Made by a program: the position numbers and the translations under genes
In this document: positions 43,321 through 58,194 of the stretch, in pieces
How positions within the stretch are numbered: the first letter of the stretch is position 1
Layout: every line of letters begins with the position of its first letter
The notes under the pieces: model-generated
What the model was told of the DNA's origin: nothing
The model's input: the letters and a program-made list of their open reading frames with translations, nothing else
Databases searched by the model: none
Assembly (NCBI GenBank): GCA_964016885.1
Contig: OZ024743.1
Location: forward strand, 154,938,001-155,002,000
DNA: 64,000 bases
Source of the DNA: Eledone cirrhosa
Lineage: Eukaryota
Direction: 5' to 3'

Positions 43321-43822
43321 TATCTTATGCCAGCATGTTGTCATGGACGCACATATGTAGGAAAAAACAAGAACGTCATTGTAGTGTGAGACGGATTGTT
43401 ATGGATGCACAACGGAAAGAAACATAAACTTGGTTGTAACGTGAGATTGGTTTTACTGCATGCAGCATTGGTTCTAAACCACGTAACATTGTATTTGAGG
43501 ATAAGGAGTACGTTATATTTAAATGTACTCATATGCTTTATATCAATTTACACTGAGCAAGCTCTAGTAATGAATTCATGAAGGTATATTATTCTAGGAT
43601 GTAGGTGCGTTTAATGTATCTTGTTAATTTTAGATTTAGTGTGAGCTATTACATTTGGTCTTTATATGATCAAGAAGTATATCTAAGGTTTATTTTGGGT
43701 ATGTATGTTTAGTATATGTGCGTGTGAGTATTTGTGTGTGTGTATATATATGTGTGCGCGCCCGCAAGCGTGTGTGTGTGTTTGTGTGTCGGTGTGTGTA
43801 CCTCTGTGTATGTGTGTGTGTG

Positions 43823-43868
<46 letters not shown>

Positions 43869-46272
43869 TGTGTGTGTGTGTGTGTACAAACACCTATGAT
43901 AAAAAGAACAGCAATGTAGAAAGAACAGCAATATTTTCAATCAGTAACAAAAAACGTATTTTATAAGAGGAAACATAAAAAAATGGGAATATCGATTCCT
44001 TTCGTTTCAGATGTGGAGATGATAATGCCATATTTATCTTCCCTTTAATGCATATGAACATTTTCCACATTATATACTTTTCCATATAAATGGGCCCTTT
44101 AGCAAAACATAAAATTAACATCATATCTCTCAATTCAAGAAATTTGGGTATAATAACTCTATTACATTTCCATTTTTTCCATTTTCTAGAGGACTTTTGA
44201 GTTTCTCCTTCCATTCATGTCACTTTTAAAACGAATGTAAAATAGCATTCCCTAAATAAAAGAACCGCTTGCAGTTTTTCAGATAGTAATTCCATTTAAT
44301 TTTGTTCCTTTGTTATGATATTTTGCTAGTTATTTATAATGCATTTGCTTATGCATACTCCTTATATGGCAATTTCTTTCTCCAGCAGAAGCCTTTCTTA
44401 TATTTTGATTACCTTATAGAATTCAATTTTCGTATTTATTTCTGGAACCCTTTAAAACATATTCATGTAATTAAAGTGAATATAGCAAATGGGAAATTCA
44501 ATCTTCGAGTCATATAAGAGGAAACAAGAGAATGTCCATTATCTTAATTCATTTATTTATTCATTCTGGCATTCAACTTCGTTGAAATTATTGGGAAAAA
44601 AAGTATGAATATATTATCTCTCCTTATAAACATGTATATTACACTACATTATGTTTAGTCATTATATTCCTCTATGTCCTACACTACTACTATACCGTAC
44701 TAGACAATTACGCACTAAGTTGAAATATTGTGTTATGACATTCCATGTATTTCTACTGTCTACACTATTAGTACTTATTTAATTGAAAACGCTTTCCATT
44801 CATGAGCAAACATGAGTTTGTGTAAACATGATATTGCAGCTTTGAATGATAATAAGCACTGTACATTTACACTAAAAAAATTCACATCTGATATAGTAAT
44901 TGTCAATATAAATGTCATTGTTATCAAAATACCAACTAATATTCAGTTAAATCCAAATAGTTTTGCCGAAGGTTTTTAATAGCGATTACGCTGACAAGAG
45001 AATGTGATTCCTTCACCAATATCTACGGAATTTAAATGTCATGGTGCCAGACCCATTGACTACACGGTTGTGCATAGATATATTTCCTGGTGTAATTGTT
45101 TGGATCGAGTGAATACCACCTCAGCTAGATTATCCTAGGTTGTAGATAAGAGACTAGTTGGTCTTAATATTTACTTTCGAGAAAGTGGCGTATGTCATAT
45201 TTTTCATGGCACAGTTAACGAATCGTCTACTTATTAATACATTATGGATGCTGACAAGGAGATTCTTGTCAAAGTTGGCAACACACATTACTGATGCATC
45301 ACGTAGTGCTCATGAAATTGGTTGGTTATTCCAGTGCATTAGTCAGTTTTACTAGCGAGTATATCGACATATGGAGAACACGTGAAACCTCGGAAACACT
45401 CTCTATCATCATTTTGAAGCATTTAAATTATGCCTAGTCGTTGCGTGACGCCGGACAATTAAACATCATTAATAAACACTTTATTAAAATTATGAAAACT
45501 GGGTTTCACCAGCGATGCATTATGCCGTTGATATTCCTTCGAGTAATTATGGATTTTATCATGAAAAAGACTGACGATTGCATCGTTGGAGGCACACAAC
45601 AGAGAAATAAGTGACGGCTTACATAATTCGAATTGAGTGAGCTTAAAGCATTGTTGACAGCCACCAGAAGGGCTATGAAAGTATTGAGATAAAAGCTAAG
45701 TGTAATCTGGAAGAATATCTATATCAAGCTAAAGGCGGAGAAGTGGCACGCCTCGAATGACGGGCAATGAAAGAGACCGACCACAATGAATCTTTTAAGA
45801 ACCAGGCGATACAACAATATTTCATCCAAAACCACACTGTGTTATAACCTAAATGTGCAAGTATAAAATACCATATGACGAGCAACGATATACAATGTAA
45901 ACAAAGCATGTGAAAAACTGCGAGAATTGTCTTCCAGAAAATTGTGTGCGATAATCTATATATGTAAAACAGAGAATGTATGTCTGTATGTTTGACTACC
46001 TAAAACTCGAGAACCACCCAACTGATTGTTTTCAATCTTTACACATGTGTTACTTATGATCCTGTGAGTGTTTTGAGCAAAGATATTTCAATTTTTCAAT
46101 GCGCTAGGGATCGCATTAGACGATTTAGCGATATCTCTCTATAATTCATAGTCTTTCTTTTTAAATAGATACATAGATATAACGTTGCGCCCTTATACTA
46201 TCTGTATGTCTGGCTGTCTGCTTTACGACATTATAATGTCGCTATCCCTGTGTGTATGTATATATATGTATA

Positions 46273-46372
<100 letters not shown>

Positions 46373-46617
46373 TCAATCTAGTTAGAAAAATATAAAAACT
46401 ATCTCTTCTAAACATATATATGTATATTAATAACCTTAAATTACCACACTAATAATGGAAAGGTATGCTGATGAGAATAGGTGCGAATATGCTATAATGA
46501 ATGTGTTTAAAAGCGACCATATGTATGTATATATATGTGAAAATGTATATAAATAAGTAAATATATATATATGTTTGATGTGTATAGTTAGATGTAAGTG
46601 TATTCATGTATTAAAGT

Positions 46618-46664
<47 letters not shown>

Positions 46665-47185
46665 GACTGGAGTATGTCTGTTTATATGTGTGTGTCTATA
46701 CGTGTGTATATAAAGATAAGTTGAGTATGAAAATGTATACGCATGAATGCGTATGTATGTACATGTATATATGTATATATATGTATATATATATATGTGC
46801 ATGTGTATATGTATGTAAGTATGAGCATGTAAGTATGTGTATGTGAGTATATGTATTTTGTAGAGGTGTGCATATATGTTTGTGTGTGAATGCGTGGGCG
46901 AAAGGATACGTACACTTGAAAGAAAAATTTAAGTCTGAATGTTAATTAAGTGCAAACACAAAACCAACCATGCATATCTATACTATTTCTAATCCTTCTA
47001 TAGATTTAGAAAAATAACCAATAATATATTCTATAAAAATGTCTAAACAACAGATGTGAATCTAATTACTCACTGCCACCAAAAATTCTCACTGCTATCA
47101 AAAAACGACTCCCTCAACTATTCTTCTAACAACTTCACCCCTCCCTCCTAATATTCTCTATAAAAACCAAACAGGTCCTCAGTAA

Positions 47186-47311
47186 AATTATTCTGGTGAA
47201 ATGACAGTTGATAATAACATTGAAATATTGAATGTCTGCATAACTAATACTTTGTAGATAGCAGCTGCTTTCGAGTTATGTAACTGTTATTGAAACACGT
47301 GTCAATAAATT
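47186..47311 (+). ncRNA. Hammerhead-like motif with long stem II and A6G substitution
   Basis: TTATT-CTGGTGA-AATGACAGTT..AACTGTTATT-GAAA-CACGTG-TC-AATAA. Confidence 0.62.
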
Positions 47312-47342
47312 CATTTTAACTAAACTGTATCCATTTAAATCC

Positions 47343-47408
<66 letters not shown>

Positions 47409-48112
47409 TGTAAAGTTGTTGGAAATATTTACTTTCGCGTTCACAGATTATTTTGTTTAGTTTCAGAAGATACCGTTTAGGGTGAAAGCATCGATTCATT
47501 GCTTAAACTTTAATCTGTAAATTTTAATATATATATATATATAATTTTATATTCCGGTACAGATATTTTTACATACACAAAAACAAAATATAAACAAAAG
47601 TATTTATTTCGCGATAAAGTATTGAGTTTCTTCGCAGGGGAACTACGCACGGGATCTGGTAATCTACGACGAATTTTTGTTATAAGCACAACATGTTGAA
47701 ACCTTCCCGAGGCCGAGGTATTCCGTTCTTCTGTGTACTGTTTCAGAAAAGAGGGATAAACATGCAAATCTATGTTTAAAATCCCAAGCAATGCCGGACC
47801 ATTCTGTTAGTAATTACTAAAACCAAGAATTCTAAATAAGAACACCACAGTGCAGGTCAAGTTAACTGAAAACAAAATGCAGCTGGCGCGCCATATCACT
47901 GTTAAGCTACAACAGAATCGAGATGGATATCAACACAATGAATGGGATAAGGAAGAAATCTCTAATCAGTGTTGAACATTTCAAGATTAGAGGAAGGAAA
48001 GATTGAGCATTCATAGATGAACCTACAACCTATTGTTCACACTGGAATAGAACAGCTACCCGGTGGAGTTCCCGCCAGTGTTCACTCATAGTTTTTCCAT
48101 GGTACGGGTTCT

Positions 48113-48204
48113 TTTTATTGGCAACATGACCTCCGAAAGTATAACAATATATGTTTCAACACACATTTTCAGATAAGAAATCTACCAAAACAAATTAAAA
48201 GACG

Positions 48205-48208
<4 letters not shown>
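48113..48208 (+). mobile_element. Tail fragment of the 17.5-21.3 kb PLE family
   Basis: TTATTGGCAACATGACC..AAGTATAACAATAT matches 21303-21340 and 23238-23330. Confidence 0.75.
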
Positions 48209-48277
<69 letters not shown>

Positions 48278-48342
48278 ATATGCATATATCTATACATGTA
48301 TATATATATATATATGTATATATACATGTATATACATATATT

Positions 48343-48399
<57 letters not shown>

Positions 48400-48428
48400 T
48401 GTATATGTATATATATACATATATAGTG

Positions 48429-48472
<44 letters not shown>

Positions 48473-48850
48473 CACTATATAGAGGGGAAATACACAGAAG
48501 AGTGTGCTTTTCTTTACAGGCATTTCAAATCACCACCGTGAAGAGAATATAAGCTAATAGAGGTATAGTGAAAACATTAAAATTTAAAGTATAAATTACA
48601 ATGGAAAACAACTTCATACCTAGGTCACGTCAAACATGTACAAACTCACCAGGAGAATGATTTGCCATTTAAGTGGGTTCCAATTCGGCCCTGTGGGTCA
48701 TCAGCATGTGGAAGGCCGATTTTGTCCGCACTACTAGAGAAAGCTAAAGTAAACTACCCGCCGCACGTGTAGTTATAAGGGAAATACGAGCTCATTAAAT
48801 TACACGATTATACGCGAGTTCTTTGCTCCGGTATTTTACTATATATATAT

Positions 48851-48997
48851 AGTAATAATAATAAATTTGAAGACTAAAATCCAAAGAGGGTGCGATAAGG
48901 ATAAATATATATCAAATATATGAGAACCGTAGAACAAGATCCCGTTAAGGGTGAAAGCAGAATATTATTTGCTTAAACTTTAATCTGTTATTTTAAT
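48851..48997 (+). mobile_element. Miniature derivative sharing both ends with the 23381-25320 Naiad-like copy
   Basis: 48851-48900 is similar to 23381-23430. 48937-48997 is similar to 25258-25318. Confidence 0.7.
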
Positions 48998-49008
48998 AAA
49001 TATATATA

Positions 49009-49170
49009 TCATCATCATCATCATCATCATTTCATTTTACGTCCGATTATCCCTGCTTGCAAGGGTGGGAGGGGAAATGATTATGGCTTGATTTGTTCAG
49101 CTGGATGCCCTTCCTAACACCAACCTCATTTACAGTGAGTGCCGGGTGCTTTTTTGCAGTGGCACCTCCT
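49009..49170 (-). mobile_element. Short bipartite RTE-derived element
   Basis: RTE 3' end with (GAT)n joined to the GGATGCCCTTCCTAACACC motif found at the RTE 5' region (about 39883-39901). Confidence 0.72.
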
Positions 49171-49179
49171 ATATATATA

Positions 49180-51490
49180 TATTGTTATACTTGTTGAGAG
49201 TCATATTGTTGTAATAATATTGCCAGAAATAATTGTTTCTACTTTTGACAAAAGGCCAGCAATTATCCCAGTGAGTTACTGGTATTTTATGTTATCGACA
49301 CTGTAAGGATGAAAGGCACATTTAACATCGGCGGGATTTGAATTCAGACCATAAAGGGCCGTAACTTTTTGTGGCAAAGCATGGCGTCAGACCCGCTACC
49401 TATAGTACCAACCACCGCCAGAAATAATAACAGAACACACTACTGTTTGGTTGGTTTTTGCTTCTGTATCGTTTATAGCTCCATAGTTAATTCATTTGGC
49501 CATCAATGTTTATCACTGACTGACCAGCGGTCAAAAATACATATATAGATATCAATATATAGTCTAACAAAGTTATTTCGTTGCACATCTGCAACATCAT
49601 CAGTGGTACTATTATCACGTTTCCCCTGTTGTAGTGTATGTATTGTAGTCTCTACACCATTTTTATTTTATCTATATATTTATTTGTGTCCTCGTCCCTG
49701 CGTATGCTTTTGCGTGTGTGTATAGTGTTTGGTGTGTGTGTTCGAACTTGGGTGACTGTGTTTTGGTTATTGTATTCTATCTCAGTTTATTAGTGTTTGT
49801 TTATAAATGTTTCTTGTTATTGTGCTTGTGTATATATTTAGTTATTTATTTATTTATTTATATTTCTCTTAAGTCCGTATTGTTTGTTTGGGTGTTGTTA
49901 TTCCATTCATATTTCCTGTTTAGCTTTGGCTTTCTAAGCTCTACCTATGTTTAGATATTATTTTAAGTTCTGTATTGTCTAGGTTAACGTCATGTTGTTG
50001 TCTGGCGTGTTCTTATAGTAGTGAACCGTTTCTTTGTCTTTTTAATTTCCCCAAGTGTTGGTCTATTATTTCTCTTATGCTTCGGGCTGTCTCACCTATG
50101 TATGTTGTTGTCATGTTTCTGCAAGTAATCTCTGTACATATTATGCTATAGGCTACATTTCTAGTTTTACAGTTTATCTGGGGTTTACTTTACATATAAC
50201 ACATTTATTATTAGCAGAGTGGGTTTTCTTAAAAGGGTATGTTTTGTTGATCAGGCATTTGATGGTAAGTCCTGGCTTTTCTACTACTTCAATCTTTAAG
50301 TGGGTCTTTCTTAGGGCCTTTCTACATCGTTTAGCTAATTTCCCTTCAGGGGTAGCATCCACGAACATGACAATCTGGTATCTCTGGTTGTCGTACCATC
50401 AGGTGGCTTTCCCTATCTTAAATTTAGACAGAGTTAAGCTATTCCATAATTTGCTACTCTATACTGGGAAAGTTCCTTTCATGTGCGGTTCTATGAGGGT
50501 CTTATACTTCTCCGTGGCTCCTATGTATAGTATGATCCTGTCTCTCTGGTTGTAGCGAGAGAACTGCATGCGGTTGATGAAGTGTTGAATGTGTCTTTCC
50601 ATTACTGTTGGGTCGCAAATGCGGGACACGTCCTTCATCATTCGTACGAAGTCTGCGATCAGAATATTAAACTTAGCAGATTGCTTAGCTTTTGAGTATC
50701 AAGTATTTGGAGGCCATGGGTTTAGCATATTGTGTATTGTAAGTGAAGAATTTGGGCACTCTCGTCTATAATGTTAATCCAGAGTCCCGTGTCTAATGCA
50801 GGTAGTTAATTGTTAGGGCGTTTGGAAGGGTAGTGAATAGTTACAGTTATACTCTGGTGTATGGAGTTAGCTATCCGCTGGATGCTTTCCATTGTGGTAT
50901 ATTCAAAATCATCTTAGTTATTACTCTCTTGTTGCGGTGTCCTTATTACTATATCAATATATCCTCTACGTAACGAGAGTACATGATGAGTTCTATGGAG
51001 CTCTTTTCAAAGAGATATTTGAGTCTCCTTTCCCACCATACCATAAAAAGATAGGTAACATCACCAGCTTTGCTGACGCCAATGGCTGCTCCCTCATTTT
51101 GGTTGTAGATATTTTCATTGAAATTGAATATGTCCCCCTTTAGGGTAGTTTTAATACTAACCACTATTGCTTGCACGACCATTTTTCTCACCTGATCATT
51201 GTTATTGGGTGTCAGTATGGCTCTGGTCAACACAATCCACCTTCCCATGGGAGTCTTTCTTGCCATTGAGTTTATGGTGGGGGTCTAACTCTTATGGAAC
51301 TACTGGGACAGAAACGGCTAAGGTCATGGCTGTCTAGATACACGGTGTCATAAGTAATTCTAAGTAGGGTGTCCAGTGCATCTGTGTCCACGTCTCAGAA
51401 CTCCACCTCACACTGACTGTTTATCTCCACACATTTTTGCACAGCAAAATCAATGTTAATGGATGGGTACAGTGACACCACGTCCATACT
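49180..51490 (-). mobile_element. Older PLE of the same group as 17.5-21.3 kb
   Basis: GAAIGVSKAGDV, YSRYVEDI, FVDATPEG, HFINRMQFS. HHR CTGATGA-T-GTTGCA gatg TGCAAC-GAAA at 49563-49610 (-). Confidence 0.85.
49234..49416 (-). mobile_element. tRNA-derived SINE (family A)
   Basis: TSD GCCAGAAATAAT at 49222-49233 and 49417-49428. Confidence 0.85.
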
Positions 51491-51797
51491 ATCAGTCGGT
51501 GTGGTGGTTTAGAGTATATCCTGTTTTTTTGTCAGAATGGTGAGTTTTCCATTTATCTCTTTTAAGATTTTCAGGATTTCCTCATTTATGTTGGAGTTTG
51601 AATTTGTGTTGTCTTGTTCCAGTGCCATTTTCCGGATTTGCCTAGGTTAGTATATATGAAACGTGTAAGTTTCTACACAAAACGAAGGTTATAGAGAACA
51701 TTGAGGTTGGTAATGGTTCATGGAATACATAAGAGACAGAATATTTTTTTGTGAAAAAACATAATTTTATAAGGTAAGGAAAGAATAAAGAGTATAA

Positions 51798-51845
51798 AAA
51801 ATGACCGGTTTCGATGGGTCTGCAAAAGCCATCTTTTCAAATGTT
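51798..51845 (-). ncRNA. Variant hammerhead ribozyme (U3/A8 core, GUC site)
   Basis: Minus strand: AACAT-TTGAAAA-GATGG cttttgcagac CCATC-GAAA-CCGG-TC-ATTTT. Confidence 0.68.
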
Positions 51846-52007
51846 GATTAATATTCAGAAAAATTAATAATAAGAAGAGTTAAAATTTGAGAATTGAAAA
51901 TTCAAGTATAAAATTCAGTGTGGGATTTCATAGTAGTTTTCATCTTGGTAGCAGCAAGTTGATTGCCATTACCAACCTCAAGTTTCTCTCTCTCTCTCTC
52001 TCTCTCT

Positions 52008-52160
<153 letters not shown>

Positions 52161-52244
52161 ACAATAGATTAACGGAGCCATACATCTCGCTATTCCCTGT
52201 CAATAATGTGCTCAAAGGAGAAGGAATCCCGAGCTCTTTAAAAT

Positions 52245-52468
52245 TCAATATGTTGAAAAGGTAACACACTAGAGAGAGATAGTGTGCCATAAATAAAACA
52301 AGGAAAAACCACCAGTGTATGGAATATATAACCTATGAAATGCAGGGTAGACACACGTTAACAAAACATATAAATTAAGGTGTATATACAAACTTCTATA
52401 ACTATATGTTTTTTTCCCTGATTTATTGATGGCGCACTGTCTCTCTCTAGTTATATTTTCAACATAAT
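52245..52468. repeat. Small foldback element
   Basis: CTAGAGAGAGATAGTGTGCCAT (about 52269) is inverse of ATGGCGCACTGTCTCTCTCTAG (about 52429). Confidence 0.65.
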
Positions 52469-52481
52469 ATATATATATATA

Positions 52482-54340
52482 TAGGAGAAAGTTTGAACCC
52501 GACGGCAGAGCTCAAGCCTTTTCGACGGCTATTTCTGGACTAAAGTAAGAGATTTTTCAGTCTGGTAATTCAATAGTCAACTGTTCAAGGGTACTTCCTT
52601 ATATCGGAAGATTGTAGTTGTCAAGGGGATTGGTCAGAATTTGTAGCAGACACAGAAAATTCTATTATGGCAGTGGGTGCGGGATGGGGTGGCTGAACTT
52701 GCCTGTAGAACGATAGGGAAGTGGGTAGAGCCGGTCAAGCGTAGAAGATGAAATCTACACGGTACATTCTAAGGCATGTGTATGAAAGTAGGCCAGAGGA
52801 GGTTCGCGAAAAAAGGTTTCTTTAGAAAATGGAAGAGGGACGTTATAGAAATAGTAAATCAAATGTGATTAGGGGACAAAGAAAAAATATAATAAAGATT
52901 GCGAGAAAAATGTATCAGAAAGTAAGATTGGAAAGTGAGAAGTTAAATAAGGTGTCTAACACAGCTACTATATTTCGTTGCTATTTCGGCCAAAGCTATA
53001 GAATGAGTTGCTAGATGAGAATAATTGAAAAATTTAGAATTAAAAATGAATACCACATATTTAGGGTCTAACACAGCTGCTATGAATAGTTAGTATAGCA
53101 TAATATGCGAATGCTATCTATGCGTTACAGGGGTGGTGTACTGACGCTAAAGAGGCCCCGATGGGCTGCCTCGGGGTAGGCAAAAGGGGAAAAACGAAAA
53201 ACACAAAAAACAAAGAAACGAACGAGGAAGAAGTTCGGTGGTGCAAAGAAGTGATAGAGGGAGAAAAAGGAAAGAAGAAAACCTGGAGGAAAAGAAAAGA
53301 GATACATCTACCTATATCAGTAAGGATTTACCCTATCTTATTCGGCAAGTAGGGCGTTTCAGTCCTAGTCTACCCACTCGGATCGTTAGGGGGTTTAAGG
53401 GTCAGGTAAGTCTTCCGCTATCTGTGTTTGTATGCAGTTACCAGTTCGTCATTTTTGCTTAGGAGTTGATCTTTCGTAAACAGCATTTGTAATGTTTCCT
53501 CCGAGCATAAGTTACAATGACGGCGTCCTCGCGTGTAAGAGTAAGATCTGGACAGTAAGCTCCAAGTAAGATCGTAAGTTATATTATTAGCTTGGAGGTC
53601 CCAGATAAGGCCCGAAAGTGTGGTGGCATGTTGCCGGATCGGGTTCCGGAACGTACGACGGTGTTGGTATAGCCGGGTGTTAAAGTCACAAGCGGTTAAT
53701 CCTATATAAGCTTTATTGGAGGTGTCCGTCCTCACGTTGCACCGGTAGATCACGTTACGTTCTCGGCATCTGTTGTTGAGCGGGCACGTAGATCTATCAG
53801 AGCAGTTACTCTTCCTGGTCGGCTGGTTGTTTCTTCCATAGGGGTTAAGTTTTTTGTTGTTTGAGGAGACGAAGTTTTGTGCGAAGTTATGTGTGGTGCG
53901 GTAGGATAGCTTGATTGTGTTTTTGTTGATTATGTTGTGGTAGCCGTGTTGTGGTGGAAAGTGTTTTTGAGGAGCCTAAAGAAGATTATCCTGATAGGTG
54001 TTGTCACCGGAGTATTGTGGGGAGGTTTGAACCACGTTACGTGGCGTGAGCGGCGGCGTCGGCTGCTGGTTCCGTTAAGGAAAGCTGGATAAAAGGATAT
54101 TGCCTCCCGGAAGCCACTCCGCTTGAGCGCCTGGTTGTAATGAGGCGCATATTCGTCGAATATCGGCTCATTAGCGGACAAAAGAGATATGCGGAGGGAG
54201 ATGTTTTTAACCATTTTATTGGTGATGTTTCTAGGATGGTTAGAGTGGCGGTGGATGTAGTGCAGGTTGTCATTTGGTTTCCTCTATAGGTAGTACAGGT
54301 CATTTTCGAGGTTGAGTGTAACGTCCAGGAAATTTACTCA
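52482..54340 (-). mobile_element. Naiad-like PLE, 5'-truncated
   Basis: NFLDVTLNL, TWFKPP, NCSDRSTCPLNNRC, IYRCNV..AYIGLT..FNTRLYQH, CNLCSEE. Confidence 0.88.
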
Positions 54341-55507
54341 GGAGAATTGTAAAAGCACATATCGTTATATGCTTTTTCTATGAAAATTAGTAGTGGGTAG
54401 ACTAATTTGCATAGAACGTGAGTCATTGTACGCACCGGTTCAGCGGAAACGATAAAAACAAATAACGAAACGAAATTAAATTTCGTTTCGCTTCTAACTC
54501 ACTTTTGTATGACTGACGCTTAAACAATTAAGTTAAAGTGTACATCTACATATGTATACGGAAGTATTAGTATGCATATAAATACACACATGTATACATA
54601 TGTACATGTACTCCGGCCCTCTGGAGAATAGAGGAAATGTGTTTCCTTGAAAACTCGTATGACTCTAAAACCCGGTCCGCCTGTGTGGTTACATACAGAC
54701 TAGCTGACAGTCACTGTAAAGTGTCTAGTGAAAAGCTGAGTACATGTACATATGTATACATGTGTGTATTTATATGCATACTAATACTTCCGTATACATA
54801 TGTAGATGTACACTTTAACTTAATTGTTTAAGCGTCAGTCATACAAAAGTGAGTTAGAAGCGAAACGAAATTTAATTTCGTTTTGTTATTTGTTTTTATC
54901 GTTTCCGCTGAACCGGTGCGTACAATGACTCACGTTCTATGCAAATTAGTCTACCCACTACTAATTTTCATAGAAAAAGCATATAACGATATGTGATTTT
55001 ACAATTCTCCAGAGAAGCCGGAAGATGGGTAAATATTGCTGATGAGATGTAATAACATCGAAACTAGTCCAATATTCCTGTCTGGCCCTCTGGAGAATAG
55101 AGGAAATGTGTTTCCTTGAAAACTCGTATGACTCTAAAACCCGGTCCGCCTGTGTGGTTACATACAGACTAGCTGACACTCACTGTAAAGTGTCTAGTGA
55201 AAAGCTGAGTACATGTACATATGTATACATGTGTGTATTTATATGCATACCAATACTTCCGTATACATATGTAGATGTACACTTTAACTTAATTGTTTAA
55301 GCGTCAGTCATACAAAAGTGAGTTAGAAGCGAAACGAAATTTAATTTCGTTTCGTTATTTGTTTTTATCGTTTCCGCTGAACCGGTGCGTACAATGACTC
55401 ACGTTTCTATGCAAATTAGTCTACCCACTACTAATTTTCATAGAAAAAGCATATAACGATATGTGCTTTTACAATTCTCCAGAGAAGCCGGGAGATGGGT
55501 AAATATT
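54341..55507 (+). mobile_element. Retrozyme-like non-coding element: inverted partial copy plus about 1.9 tandem copies of a 469-bp unit
   Basis: 54615 and 55084 repeat nearly identically. 54341-54613 is inverse of about 54737-55010. Canonical HHR lies between the units. Confidence 0.8.
55032..55076 (+). ncRNA. Canonical type I minimal hammerhead ribozyme
   Basis: AATATTG-CTGATGA-GATGT aata ACATC-GAAA-CTAG-TC-CAATATT. 7-bp stem I, 5-bp stem II, palindromic stem III, GUC site ending at 55069. Confidence 0.92.
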
Positions 55508-55516
55508 ATATATATA

Positions 55517-58169
<2,653 letters not shown>

Positions 58170-58194
58170 ATATATATAAATATAAACAATACTG

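Noticed and set aside
48670-48715. Minus-strand CTGATGA-CCC aca GGG-CCGAAT as a hammerhead
   Set aside because: GAAA and stems I/III are not supported.
54613-55507. Tandem repeats as a CRISPR array, or the duplicated 64-aa ORFs as genes
   Set aside because: No repeat-spacer pattern or cas genes, eukaryotic context, and the ORFs are low-complexity by-products of the repeat.
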